Counted from the stretch's first letter, positions 9,611 to 19,985 are shown. The stretch is 64,000 nucleotides of DNA from Alphaproteobacteria bacterium (GCA_964291265.2 OZ219747.1:1472001-1536000), one strand, 5' to 3'. Made by a program: numbers and translations. Notes: generated by a model from the sequence alone, not told the origin.

Positions 9611-9766
9611 CGAATGGACAATGCCTGTCCCCCGACATGCCCGTGCGGGCCGGTGACGCTCGTCGCGGGAATCGTCCGGTTTGGTGACGGTACCTGGAGC
9701 GGCAGTGTCACGATCCATCGGCGGACGGCCATCGCTCGCCGGATCACTGACGACCCAACAGACATC

Positions 9767-9805
9767 TTGACTCTCGAAACATCATGTGTTTCGTATTGCA
9801 TGATG
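9767..9805 (+). promoter_or_regulatory. Putative promoter/operator of the GntR-FadR gene
   Basis: TTGACT at 9767; overlapping inverted repeats CGAAACA-N5-TGTTTCG (9775-9793) and CATCATG-N12-CATGATG (9780-9805) in an AT-richer patch covering the start codon. Confidence 0.5.
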
Positions 9806-10657
9806 AATGAGCACCTGTTCTACGACCTCAAGGACAAACCCGCGCTGACCCGGAGCCTGGCCACGCAGATCGTGCAGGAGCTCGGGCGGCGCATCGTTTC
9901 CGGCGTCTACGGACAAGGCGACCTGCTCGAGGACGAGGGGACGCTGGCCGTGCGCTATCAGGTCAGCCGCACGGTCATCCGCGACGCCGTGAAAATTCTC
10001 GTGGGCAAGGGCTTGCTCGAGGTGCGACGCGGCATTGGCACGCGAGTCCGCTCCCGCTCCGCCTGGGCGTTGCTGGATGACGACGTGCTGGCATGGCACC
10101 AGTCGGCCCCGGCCGACCGTGCGTTTTTGCGCCAGTTGATGGACCTTCGCCTCGTGATCGAGCCCAAGGCGGCGCGCTGGGCGGCCGAGCGCGCCGACGC
10201 GGAGGGCCACGCGCTCATCCGCGAGGCTCAAGACCGCATGGAGCAGGAGAAAGGCTCGATCGAGGGGTTCGTCGTCGCCGACGCGCTGTTCCACCGCGCG
10301 GTGCTGCGTGCCGCCGGCAACGAATTCCTGCTGGCGATGGAAAGCGCGGTCTTCTCGGCGCTGCTGATCTCGATCCGGATCACCAACCCGGACCCGCGCG
10401 AGAACGAGGAGTCGATCCCGTTTCACCGTGCGGTGGCAGACGCAATCCTCGCCGGGGACGCAGCCGGGGCCGAGGCCCGCATGGAGCGGCTTCTCGGCGA
10501 TGCCCGCCACCGGCTCGGCGAGGACGACGCGCAGGACACCAAGAGCATGGACGCATCGCCATCCGCCAGCCCGGCGGATGAAGAACTCTCCCAACCCGGA
10601 ACCGTTGCCAATCGATCCGGGGCGGAGTGGGGGCCGCCACGCGGCGGCTCGTCGTGA
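9800..10657 (+). CDS. GntR/FadR family transcriptional regulator
   Basis: YQVSRTVIRDAVKILVGKGLLEVRRGIGTRV wHTH; FCD domain with DALFH. Confidence 0.92.
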   Translation: MMNEHLFYDLKDKPALTRSLATQIVQELGRRIVSGVYGQGDLLEDEGTLAVRYQVSRTVIRDAVKILVGKGLLEVRRGIGTRVRSRSAWALLDDDVLAWHQSAPADRAFLRQLMDLRLVIEPKAARWAAERADAEGHALIREAQDRMEQEKGSIEGFVVADALFHRAVLRAAGNEFLLAMESAVFSALLISIRITNPDPRENEESIPFHRAVADAILAGDAAGAEARMERLLGDARHRLGEDDAQDTKSMDASPSASPADEELSQPGTVANRSGAEWGPPRGGSS

Positions 10658-10744
10658 AAACGTGACTCTGCAGCAACGGAAAGAAGAGACCGTGCTGCCG
10701 GGCACGCATCGCCCTGATGGGCTGCACAAGAGGAGAATGGAGCA

Positions 10745-11821
10745 ATGCTGAAGAAAGTGACTCGCCCGTTCGCGGGCCTCGCGGCGGGTGTCGCCACCAT
10801 GGCGCTCGCCGCCGGACTGGCGCCATCGGCTTCGGCCGAAGACTGGGTGGCGCTGTTGTTGCCCGAGAACGTGAACCCGCGCTGGGAAAGTCAGGACGCC
10901 CGCTTCTTCATCGAATCGATGGCCGAGATCGCGCCCGACGTCAAGGTGGAGGTCTTCAACGCCAACAACGACACCGCGGCGCAGCAGCGCCAGGCCGAGC
11001 AGGCGCTCACGCGGGGCGCGAAGGTTCTGGTTGTCATCCCCATCGACGGCGAGAGCTCGGCGGTAATCGCCGACAGTGCCGCCGAGGCGGGCGTGCCGAC
11101 CATCGCCTACGACCGCATGATCAATTCCGAGAACACCTCGTTCTGGGTGCAGGCTGATCTCGAGGGCATGGGCTACGACCAGGCCATGCACGTGATCGAG
11201 AACACCAAGGACGGCGACACGCTGGTCATGCTCAAGGGCTCGCCGACCGACCCCAACGCGGCCGTGATCTTCAACGGCCAGATGCGCGCTCTGCAACCGC
11301 TCTACGATTCCGGCGCCCGTATCATGGGCTACGAGAACTGGACTCAAGGGTGGGATCCGGCCATCGCGCGGCGCTCCATGGATCAGGCGCTGACCCAGCT
11401 CGACAACAACGTGCAAGGCGTCGTCTCGTCCAATGACGGCAACGCCTCTGCCGCCATCGCCTCGCTGGCGGAGCAGGGCATGGCGGGGACGATCCCGGTC
11501 TCCGGCCTTGACTGCACGGTGCAGGCGCTGCAACTGATCCTGCTGGGCGAGCAGACGCAGTCCGGCTGGCGTCCGCTGGCGGACATGGCGCACGCCACCG
11601 CCGAGGTGACGGCGCGGCTGATCAACGGCGAGGATTTCAAGGATCTGGCCCCCAACACGGTGAAGAACGGGGTCGGCGCGGACGTGAACTTCGTCGCGGT
11701 CGCGTCCTATTCCGCAGTCGGCGAGGAAGGCGTCGCCTACGTGATCGAGAACGACACCTCGATCACCAAGGAGATGGTCTGCCAGGGGCCGGCGGCCGAA
11801 ACCGCGTTCTGTTCCGGCTAA
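10745..11821 (+). CDS. Sugar ABC transporter substrate-binding protein (XylF/ChvE-like)
   Basis: Signal peptide, PRWESQD, IAYDRMI, KGSPTDPNA, SNDGNA. Confidence 0.9.
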   Translation: MLKKVTRPFAGLAAGVATMALAAGLAPSASAEDWVALLLPENVNPRWESQDARFFIESMAEIAPDVKVEVFNANNDTAAQQRQAEQALTRGAKVLVVIPIDGESSAVIADSAAEAGVPTIAYDRMINSENTSFWVQADLEGMGYDQAMHVIENTKDGDTLVMLKGSPTDPNAAVIFNGQMRALQPLYDSGARIMGYENWTQGWDPAIARRSMDQALTQLDNNVQGVVSSNDGNASAAIASLAEQGMAGTIPVSGLDCTVQALQLILLGEQTQSGWRPLADMAHATAEVTARLINGEDFKDLAPNTVKNGVGADVNFVAVASYSAVGEEGVAYVIENDTSITKEMVCQGPAAETAFCSG

Positions 11822-11828
11822 GGGTGCG

Positions 11829-12647
11829 ATGCCTTCGGGCAGCAACGAAGAGGCGGGGTGTTTCGACGCTCCGCCTCACCTGCTCGCAACCGGCGTGAGC
11901 AAGCGCTTCGGCGGCGTCGAGGCCCTGCGCGACGTCACCTTCGGTGTGCGCCGCGGCGAAGTGATGGCGCTGGTGGGCGACAACGGCGCCGGCAAGTCCA
12001 CGTTGATGAAGATCATCGCAGGCGCGCTCAGGGCCGACGCCGGCAGTTTCGCCATAGACGCGGAGCCGGTGCACATCGCGAGTCCGCACGATGCCTCCGA
12101 TCTCGGCATCCGTATCGTCTACCAGGACCTGGCCCTCTGCGAGAACCTCGATGTCGCGGCGAACCTCGCCCTCGGCGCCGAGCCGGTCAAACGGGGCTGG
12201 AGGTTCCTGCCGCGCTTCCTGCGCCCGCTCGACGATCTGGCGATGGAGGAGACGGCGCGGGATGCCATCGACCGGCTGCGGGTTCGCACGCTGCATTCCG
12301 TCCGCGCACGGGTCGGCAATCTCTCCGGCGGGCAGCGCCAGGCCATTGCCATCGCCCGCGCCGTGGGTGCGGACAGCACGGTTGTCCTGCTGGACGAGCC
12401 GACTGCGGCGCTCGGAATCGCTCAGACACGGCAGGTGCTCGATGTGGTCAAGCGCCTGCGCGATACCGACCATGCGGTGGTCTACATCTCGCACAATCTT
12501 CGCGACGTGTTCGAGGTTTCGGACCGGATCACGGTGCTGCGCCAGGGGAGCAACGTCGCGGTTTACGAGACGGCGCACGTCACTCCCGACGTGATCGTCG
12601 CCGCGGTGACGCGCGGTCTCGAGGAGGCGCCTGCCCATGCCGCCTGA
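11829..12647 (+). CDS. Sugar ABC transporter ATP-binding protein
   Basis: GDNGAGKST, LSGGQRQ, LLDEPT. Confidence 0.95.
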   Translation: MPSGSNEEAGCFDAPPHLLATGVSKRFGGVEALRDVTFGVRRGEVMALVGDNGAGKSTLMKIIAGALRADAGSFAIDAEPVHIASPHDASDLGIRIVYQDLALCENLDVAANLALGAEPVKRGWRFLPRFLRPLDDLAMEETARDAIDRLRVRTLHSVRARVGNLSGGQRQAIAIARAVGADSTVVLLDEPTAALGIAQTRQVLDVVKRLRDTDHAVVYISHNLRDVFEVSDRITVLRQGSNVAVYETAHVTPDVIVAAVTRGLEEAPAHAA

Positions 12648-13851
12648 GGGCCGGCCGTCCTTCGCCGGCATCCTCGGTTCCCTCGCGCTCCGCTTCCGGC
12701 TCATGCGCGAGACCCGCTTCGGCTCATTCGGTCCGGTGCTTCTGGCGCTGGCGGTGATCTGGCTCTGGTTCGGCATTGCCGAGCCAGCCTTTCTCAGCCC
12801 ACGCAACATCTACTTCCTGTTCATGCAGTCCGCCGTGGTGGGAACGCTGGCGGTCGGGCTGACGGTGGTGCTGCTGCTGGGCGAGATCGATCTCTCCGCC
12901 GCCGCCATGGCCGGTGTCTGCGCGGCCCTGCTGGCGGTGCTGCTGCTCGACGGAACGCCTGCCCCATTGGCCATTCTCGCCGCCATTGCGCTTGGCGTGA
13001 CCATGGGCCTCGCACAGGGCGTGATGGTCGTCTTCGTCGGCATCCCCTCGTTCGTCGTGACGCTCGCCGGGTTGCTCGGATTCCAGGGATTGATGCTGAA
13101 GATTCTCGGCATCCAGGGCGCCATCAACATGCGCGACCCCGCTGTGCGCGCGCTGACCACCGTCACCCTCCCGCCTGCCTGGGGCTGGGGGCTCGGCATC
13201 GCTTGCGCGATCGCCTTCGCGGCGTTCGCGCTTCACGACCAGACTCGCCGCCACGCCCGCGGTCTCGAGACCGACAGCGTCGCCGCGCTGTGCGGCCGCA
13301 TCGCCTTTATCGCGATCCTCGTGCTGGCTGCGGTCGGCACCCTCAACAACTACCGCGGCGTGCCGTTGCTGATCGTGGTGCTGCTGGCGCTGACGGCGGT
13401 CCTCGGATGGATCACGATGTCCACGCCGTTCGGGCGTTCGCTGTTCGCCGTCGGCGGCAATCCCGAGACCGCGCGGCGCGCGGGCATGAGCGTGCGTACA
13501 GTCCGCGTCGCCGCCTTCGGCATCGTCGGCCTGATGGCGGCGGTCGGCGGCGTCGTCGGCGCATCGCGCTACGCCTCGGTCTCGTTCAATGCGTTCGCAG
13601 GCGGCCCCCTCTTGCTGGAGGCTATCGGGGCGGCGGTGATCGGCGGCACCTCGCTGTTCGGCGGGCGCGGCTCGGTGTGGAACGCGATCCTCGGCGCGCT
13701 GGTGATCGGCTCGCTTGGCAACGGACTCGATCTTTCGGGCGCGTCCGCCGCCGACAAGCTGATGTTCTCGGGCACGATTCTGTTGATGGCGGCGGCCATG
13801 GACGCGGTCTCCCGCCGGGGAGATAACTTCTCTCGTGGCGGGGGTGCATGA
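12637..13851 (+). CDS. Sugar ABC transporter permease (XylH-like)
   Basis: GEIDLS, IPSFVVTL, AVGGNPETARRAG, IGGTSLFGGRG; hydrophobic. Confidence 0.93.
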   Translation: MPPEGRPSFAGILGSLALRFRLMRETRFGSFGPVLLALAVIWLWFGIAEPAFLSPRNIYFLFMQSAVVGTLAVGLTVVLLLGEIDLSAAAMAGVCAALLAVLLLDGTPAPLAILAAIALGVTMGLAQGVMVVFVGIPSFVVTLAGLLGFQGLMLKILGIQGAINMRDPAVRALTTVTLPPAWGWGLGIACAIAFAAFALHDQTRRHARGLETDSVAALCGRIAFIAILVLAAVGTLNNYRGVPLLIVVLLALTAVLGWITMSTPFGRSLFAVGGNPETARRAGMSVRTVRVAAFGIVGLMAAVGGVVGASRYASVSFNAFAGGPLLLEAIGAAVIGGTSLFGGRGSVWNAILGALVIGSLGNGLDLSGASAADKLMFSGTILLMAAAMDAVSRRGDNFSRGGGA

Positions 13852-14324
13852 CGGACAGATGCTCCTGGAGCGAGGCCGAAGGCCGACTGCTGAGCGCCCT
13901 GCTCGACGTGATCGTCCCCACAAGCGCCGACGGGCGGGTGCCAGCGGCAGGCGCGCTCGGTGTCACCGCGTTCCTGGCCGAAAGGGCGGCGGACGATACG
14001 GCGCTCGTGACTCGTTTCCGCGAGGCACTCGCGTACGCCGCCCGGCTGGCCGAAGCCCGCGACGCGGACTTCCAGGCGCTGGATGCCGCGGAGCGCGTCG
14101 CGGTCGTCGCGGCGCTGGAGCGTGAGGCACCCGAGGCCTTCGCCGCTCTGCTGCGGTACACCTACATGGGCTACTACAGCCGCGCCGACGTGCGTCCGCA
14201 CTTCGGCCTCTCCCCCAGGCCGACGCAGCCCGACGGCTACACGGTACCCGACGACGACGCGCACGAAATGGCAGCCCTGCTCGCGCCCGTGCGTGCGCGC
14301 GGCTGCTGCTACCGCCCCTCCTGA
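13848..14324 (+). CDS. Gluconate 2-dehydrogenase subunit 3-like protein
   Basis: LDVIVP..DGRVPAAGALGV, GYYS motif; directly upstream of a GMC flavoprotein. Confidence 0.75.
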   Translation: MTDRCSWSEAEGRLLSALLDVIVPTSADGRVPAAGALGVTAFLAERAADDTALVTRFREALAYAARLAEARDADFQALDAAERVAVVAALEREAPEAFAALLRYTYMGYYSRADVRPHFGLSPRPTQPDGYTVPDDDAHEMAALLAPVRARGCCYRPS

Positions 14325-14342
14325 GCGCAGGATGAGTCCGGC

Positions 14343-15956
14343 ATGAGCGACGATCCCGTCGATGTTCTGATCGTGGGCGCCGGTGCGTCGGGCGCGGCAT
14401 TTGCCTGGTCGCTGCTGGGCTCGCGCCTGCGCATCCTCTGCCTGGAGCAGGGGCCACACATCACCGACGCCGCGTTTCCCAGCCGCAATCCCGACTACGA
14501 GCTCAGCCGCTTCGCCGAGTTCAGCTGCGATCCCAACGTGCGACGGCTGCCGCAGGACTACCCCATCAACGCGGCGAACTCGCCGATCACGCCCGTCAAT
14601 TTCTGCGCCGTTGGCGGTTCCACGATCAACTTTCTCGCCCACTGGCCGCGCATGCACCCGTCGGACTTCCGTGTGCGGTCGCTCGATGGAGTGGCTGACG
14701 ACTGGCCGATCAACTACTCCACGCTCGAACCCTACTACGCGCAGAACGACCGCAACATGGGCGCCTCGGGCCTGGCCGGGAACCCGGCCTACCCGCCCTA
14801 CGAGCCGCCGCACCCCCCCATTCCCATCGGCACGCTGGGACGCACCCTCGCGCGGGGCTTCAACGCGCTGGGCTGGCACTGGTGGCCGTCGGACGTGGCG
14901 ATCCTCAGCCGCGACTACGACGGCCGCGCGAAATGCGTCAACGCCGGCACCTGCGACCTTGGCTGCGCGACTGGCGCCAAGGCCAGCGTGAACCTCACCT
15001 ACTGGCCGGTTCTGCTCCGCGCAGGCGTGGAACTCAGGCCCAACTGCCGGGTGCGGGAGATCACTCTCGACGAGAACGACATGGCGAGCGGCGTTCTCTA
15101 CCACGACGAGGAGGGGCGCCTGCAGCGCCAGCGGGCGGAGCTCGTGGTCCTCGCCTGCAACGGCGTCGGCACGCCCCGGCTGATGCTGAACTCCAGGTCC
15201 AGCCGGTTCCCCGACGGCATCGCCAACAGCAGCGGCCTCGTGGGCAGGAACCTGATGTTCCACCCCCTCACCGCCGTCAGCGGTGTATTCGACGAGCCGA
15301 TGGAGGGCTTCAAGGGCCCGATGGCGTGCAGCATCCTGAGCCAGGAGTTCTACGAGACCGATCCGTCGCGGGATTTCGTGCGGGGCTACGGGTTGCATGC
15401 CAGCCGCTGGACCACGCCCATGACGTGGGCCCTCGGCGGCTTCGATGACAAGACGCCCATCCCTTGGGGCGCGGAACACCGGCGGCTGATGGACGAGGTC
15501 TATCCCCGTTCGGCCGGGCTCACCGTCGTCACCGAGGATCTTCCGCGCGAGAGCAACACGGTGACGCTCGACCCGGCGCTCACCGACAGCGACGGCATCC
15601 CGGCGCCGAAGATCACCTATGCGGTGGACGACAACACCAGAAAGATGATCGCCCACGGCGAAGCGCGGGCCGAGGAAGCGCTGCTCGCCGCCGGCGCAAG
15701 CAAGGTGACGGGCGCAGGCGGCAACGTCTGGTGGCGGGCCGGCTGGCACCAGATGGGGACCGCGCGCATGGGGAACGACCCCGAGCGTTCCGTGGTCAAC
15801 CGCTGGGGACGCTGCCACGATATCCGCAACCTCTTCATCGTGGACGGCAGCATCTTCGTCACGTCGGCCGCGGTGAACCCCACCTCGACCATCCAGGCGC
15901 TGGCTCTCTACATCGGCGACAGCATCCTGAAGAACATCGGCAACCTCTTCGATTAG
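14343..15956 (+). CDS. GMC family oxidoreductase
   Basis: VGAGASG FAD motif, VGGST, GVGTPRL, HQMGTARMG, VNPTST. Confidence 0.95.
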   Translation: MSDDPVDVLIVGAGASGAAFAWSLLGSRLRILCLEQGPHITDAAFPSRNPDYELSRFAEFSCDPNVRRLPQDYPINAANSPITPVNFCAVGGSTINFLAHWPRMHPSDFRVRSLDGVADDWPINYSTLEPYYAQNDRNMGASGLAGNPAYPPYEPPHPPIPIGTLGRTLARGFNALGWHWWPSDVAILSRDYDGRAKCVNAGTCDLGCATGAKASVNLTYWPVLLRAGVELRPNCRVREITLDENDMASGVLYHDEEGRLQRQRAELVVLACNGVGTPRLMLNSRSSRFPDGIANSSGLVGRNLMFHPLTAVSGVFDEPMEGFKGPMACSILSQEFYETDPSRDFVRGYGLHASRWTTPMTWALGGFDDKTPIPWGAEHRRLMDEVYPRSAGLTVVTEDLPRESNTVTLDPALTDSDGIPAPKITYAVDDNTRKMIAHGEARAEEALLAAGASKVTGAGGNVWWRAGWHQMGTARMGNDPERSVVNRWGRCHDIRNLFIVDGSIFVTSAAVNPTSTIQALALYIGDSILKNIGNLFD

Positions 15957-15966
15957 TGGACGCGAC

Positions 15967-17193
15967 ATGACCCGGCAACTGAAACCAGCGGCGATCGAAT
16001 CCGGCCTCGATGCAGCCGCGTATCCCCGGATGAGGATCACGAGGATCGCCAGCCACGTCCTGCAGTACGACATGCCCGAGGAGCTGGGCTACTCCCAGCA
16101 GTTCTACGGCAGGCGCACGGCGCACATCGTCGAGGTCGAGACCGATGCCGGCATCACCGGCTGGGGCGAGTGCTTCGGACCGGGAACGGTCGCGCTCGCC
16201 AACAGGACCATCGTCGAGCAGGTCATCCAGCCGATGGTGCTCGGCGCGAATCCTGTGGATCGCGACGTGATCTGGCACCGGGTCTACAACCTGCTGCGTG
16301 ATCACGGCCAGAAGGGGATGCCGCTGCAGGCACTCTCCGGCGTCGACATCGCGCTCTGGGACATCGTCGGCAAGGTGGCGGGACTGCCGCTCCACATGCT
16401 GATCGGCGGCGCGCACCGCGAGACCGTGCCCGTCTACGGCTACGGCATGATGCTCAGGCGCGAGGATACGGCATCGCTCGCCGCACGCTTCGCCGACGAG
16501 GCCGCCGCGATCAAGGCGCAGGGCTACGTCGCCGCCAAGATGAAGGTAGGGCTCGGTCCGAAGCAGGACGTGGCGCTGGCCGAAGCCGTGCGCCGTGGCG
16601 TTGGCGACGGATTCGACTTCATGGTGGATGCCAACCACTGCTACACCACCGCCGATGCCTTCTACATGGGGCATGCGCTGGAGGAGCTGGGCGCCTACTG
16701 GTTCGAGGAGCCGGTGGCGCCGGAGGACACCGCCGGGTACGCGGCCCTGCGCGACGGTCTCAAGGTCAACATCGCCGGCGGCGAGGCCGAGTACAGCCGG
16801 TGGGGCTGGCGTGTGCTGCTGGAGTGCCGCGGGCTCGACATCGCTCAGCCCGAGGTCTGTGCGCTCGGCGGCGTCAGCGAGTACCTGCGCGTGCTGGCGC
16901 TCTGCCAAGCGCACTTCACGCCGGTGGTGAACCATGTCTGGGGCTCGGCCGTCGCCGTCGCCGCCAACCTTCACCTGCTGGCGGCGATGCCGCCGCTGCC
17001 CGGGGGCCTCTACCCGCGCGAGCCGATGCTGGAGTTCGACACGACCGAAAACAGGTTCCGCGACCAGCTTCTGACCACGCCGCTGGATGTCCAGGGGCAG
17101 GTGGCGCGAACCGAGGGCCGCGCCGCCATACCCGACGGCCCCGGCCTCGGAGTCGAGCCGGACCGGGATTTCCTGCGGCACCACGCGGTGTGA
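15967..17193 (+). CDS. Mandelate racemase/muconate lactonizing enzyme family (D-galactarolactone cycloisomerase-like)
   Basis: GWGEC, GVDIALWD, KMK, VDAN, FEEP, GE metal ligands, HVW; alternative start at 16030. Confidence 0.88.
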   Translation: MTRQLKPAAIESGLDAAAYPRMRITRIASHVLQYDMPEELGYSQQFYGRRTAHIVEVETDAGITGWGECFGPGTVALANRTIVEQVIQPMVLGANPVDRDVIWHRVYNLLRDHGQKGMPLQALSGVDIALWDIVGKVAGLPLHMLIGGAHRETVPVYGYGMMLRREDTASLAARFADEAAAIKAQGYVAAKMKVGLGPKQDVALAEAVRRGVGDGFDFMVDANHCYTTADAFYMGHALEELGAYWFEEPVAPEDTAGYAALRDGLKVNIAGGEAEYSRWGWRVLLECRGLDIAQPEVCALGGVSEYLRVLALCQAHFTPVVNHVWGSAVAVAANLHLLAAMPPLPGGLYPREPMLEFDTTENRFRDQLLTTPLDVQGQVARTEGRAAIPDGPGLGVEPDRDFLRHHAV

Positions 17194-17433
17194 CGGCCTG
17201 CCGGCGCCCTCGGCAGGGTGGTCTTGCCGCAGCCTCACGGCCGCGAGGATGCACTTGAACTCACCCTCCACGATCTCGAGCCCGCCCTGTCGAGGGCGTG
17301 CAAGGGACCGGAAACCGTGTCATGGAACGTGGTGGCCTCGCGCACGACCATGCTTGTCGGGAGGCTCCGCCTTGTTTGGTTCCCACGACGTTCCCCTTGT
17401 CAGCCGGAACGGCACGGGCCGCTCGCCGCCGTC

Positions 17434-18939
17434 TCAGGATTCAACCGGTCGGATCGGATTGCGCCCGGTGAGCAGGCGTCCGTTTCCGCCGCCGGTGGCC
17501 TGCCCGCCCGCGGACGCCAGCCTGCCGTTGACGAGGACCGCGACAATTCCTTCGGCCGGACGCCGGGGCTCCTTCCAGGTCGCCCGGTCGATGATCGTTT
17601 CCTGATCGAAGAGTACGAGGTCGGCTGCGTGTCCCGGTTTCAGCCGACCCCGGTCGACCAGCCCGAAGACGTCCGCCGCGCGGCCGGTCATCTTGTGGAT
17701 CGCCGTCTCCACCCCGAACAGCCCGATGTCGCGGGCGTAGTGACCGATGACACGCGGAAAGGTCCCCCAGAGCCTCGGGTGGGGGTGGTCATCATGAGGC
17801 AGACCGTCAGACCCGATGATCGAAAGCTCGAAGGCCAGGACGCGGCGCACATCGTCCTCGTCCATCTGGAAGTAGATGGCTCCGGCGGGGTCGAGGCGGC
17901 GTGCTGCGTCCTCCAGACTGACGTCCCATTCCTCGGCAATCGACGAGAGATCGCGTCCCGACAAGTCGGGGAAGGGCTGCGACCAGGTCATCATGATCCT
18001 GTAATCGCCGGTGACGAGGTCCGCGCGCAGGTTGGTGGAGCCTGCCGTGTAGGGATAGACGTCGCAGTGGACCGGCTGGCTGGCCGCCGCCGCCGTCATG
18101 CATGGCAAAGTCTCGCGGGTGCGGCCCCAGTTCGCCGGACCAGCGCACTTGTGGTGCGAGATCACGAGCGGCAGTCCCGCGGCGGCCGCGGTGGCGGCGG
18201 ACTCCCGTATGCTCTCGAGGACGCCGTCGGCTTCGTCTCGCATGTGCGTGGCGTAGGTGCCTCCCTGCGCCGCGCTGGCGACGGCCGCCACTTCCGAGGC
18301 ATCGGCTGCCTGATTCGTCGGATAGAAGAGCCCGCTGGAAAATCCGCTTGCTCCTTCGTCCATTGCCTGGGCCAGAAGACGGTGCATGGCGTCGATTTCG
18401 TCGGCATCCGCCCGGCGCGTGATGTCATCCATGACGGCAAGCCGCAGGGCGGAATGGCCGATCAGGGCGACCACGTTGACGCAGGGGCGCGCCGAACGGA
18501 GCGCCTCGGCATAGACCGCCATGGTCGGGAAGGCGAAGACGTCACGCCCGCCAAGAAGATTCATCGGAGGCGGCGGCGCGGCGGCGAAGGTCACGGGCAC
18601 AAGCGAGATGCCGCAGTTGCCGATGACGACGGTTGTCACCCCCTGGCTTGTCTTGGCCTCCATCGAGGGGCTGTCGATGAGGATGCGGTCATCGTGGGTA
18701 TGGGCATCGATGAACCCCGGCGCGAGGGCGAGGCCAGCCGCGTCGATCACGTCATCGCCCGTGCGGCAGGAGAACCCTGCGGTCCGTGCGACGCCATGGA
18801 TTCCGGAATCGTCGAAGGCCACCTCTCCATGGAAGCCCGGTCGTCCGGTCCCGTCGTAGATCCACGCATTGGCGATGACGGTCTCCCGACCGCCCCTCGC
18901 GTCGAGGCGTTCAGCGATGTGCGTCGTGACCGGTGACAC
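17434..18939 (-). CDS. N-acyl-D-amino-acid deacylase (D-aminoacylase)
   Basis: PGFIDAHTHDD, GVTTVVIGNCG, HMRDE, SHHK, GSDG, HPRLWGTFPR; start uncertain. Confidence 0.92.
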   Translation of the reverse strand: MSPVTTHIAERLDARGGRETVIANAWIYDGTGRPGFHGEVAFDDSGIHGVARTAGFSCRTGDDVIDAAGLALAPGFIDAHTHDDRILIDSPSMEAKTSQGVTTVVIGNCGISLVPVTFAAAPPPPMNLLGGRDVFAFPTMAVYAEALRSARPCVNVVALIGHSALRLAVMDDITRRADADEIDAMHRLLAQAMDEGASGFSSGLFYPTNQAADASEVAAVASAAQGGTYATHMRDEADGVLESIRESAATAAAAGLPLVISHHKCAGPANWGRTRETLPCMTAAAASQPVHCDVYPYTAGSTNLRADLVTGDYRIMMTWSQPFPDLSGRDLSSIAEEWDVSLEDAARRLDPAGAIYFQMDEDDVRRVLAFELSIIGSDGLPHDDHPHPRLWGTFPRVIGHYARDIGLFGVETAIHKMTGRAADVFGLVDRGRLKPGHAADLVLFDQETIIDRATWKEPRRPAEGIVAVLVNGRLASAGGQATGGGNGRLLTGRNPIRPVES

Positions 18940-19425
18940 GCGATGCCTCTCCCAGGAAACCGGCTCACCTTGACAGGCGGTGATATCGCTGTCCACGCCG
19001 GTGATCCCCGCAACGGCGTCCTCTTGCGGCCCGCGATGCCGGCCATCCTCCCCGTCCAGGGTGAACGGCTTCGTCGAGCGGGCCGCATGAGCCGGGAGGA
19101 AATGGACAGGACGCCGACCTTGTCGGCAACCGAAACTCAGTCCGGAAGCGCGGTGCCGCCCGCCCGCATCGTGAAGCCAATGAAGAGGCGCGAGGCGATT
19201 CTGCACCGTGATCGAACCGCTGAAGTCAAGTCCGCGTGCACCCGTCGCAACGATTTTGCAAGACCATAGTCGGCCCGCGCCAGCATCATCTCCGGCCCGG
19301 GATGCCGCGGTTCTTCGCGAAGACGCGGTCCCGCACCGCGCCGGCCATGCTTGGATGCCCGATATCTCCAGCATGGCGGATGCTGCGAGGTCGTCGCCCT
19401 TGCCGCAACCCCTGCCGCCGCAGCA

Positions 19426-19830
19426 TCAGCCGACGAAAACGAAGTCGAAGTCATCGATGGTCAGGGTGCCGACCAGCGTGATGGCGTCTCCTGCTTCGCC
19501 GTAGCCGATGACGGAATCGTGGCCGTCCTGGCGGATCTTCAGCGACTCGAAAGCGGCTTCGTCCGAGGTGTCGTCCGGAAGGTCGAGATGAAGCTGGATG
19601 ATATCCCCCGAATTGCTCTTCCAGTAGCCGAAACCCACGCCCCTGTCCTGTCCGTCGCCCTCGTGGAACACGAAGGTATGTTCCCCCTGTAGCTTACCAT
19701 GTAGTCGTTGCCCTGGCCGCCGTGGAGTTCGTTGTGTCCGAAGGTAGCTGTCAGGTTATCGTCGCCGGCCCCGCCGTGGAGTTCGTCTCCCCGGCTGCCG
19801 TACAGCGTATCGTCGCCGTCGCCGCCGACA
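19426..19830 (-). pseudogene. C-terminal remnant of an RTX/hemolysin-type Ca-binding protein
   Basis: GGDGDDTLYG, GGAGDDNL, GGQGNDYM nonapeptides, then (after a frameshift near 19681) TFVF..GDGQD...LTIDDFDF, a T1SS-like tail. Confidence 0.7.
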
Positions 19831-19985
19831 CCGGTCGAAACCCGTGTGGATCCGGCCCGTGCAGGGACACTCTTGCGGGCTCATGGCTGGCGTCATGTCG
19901 GCGTGACGGCGGGCCGTCGCGGCGCGGCCGAAATGCCGAAGGCGATCCGGCCCCTGGTTGACAACTGGCGCAGGAAGCCGGGTGT
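19830..19985 (+). pseudogene. DUF4338 (DruA-like) fragment
   Basis: VETRVDPARAGTLLRAHGWRHVGVTAGRR resembles the ETFVDP..GTCYRAAGW..VG.T.GR motif also seen at 45140-45250. Confidence 0.45.

Noticed and set aside
13569-16073. 834-aa minus-strand ORF (and similar long ORFs at 4620-6398, 9782-11845, 37770-39791, 39728-41482)
   Set aside because: Mirror frames of well-supported genes on the opposite strand.
18945-19420. N-terminal extension of the D-aminoacylase ORF / possible separate gene
   Set aside because: No recognisable domain; probably eroded DNA that happens to be open.
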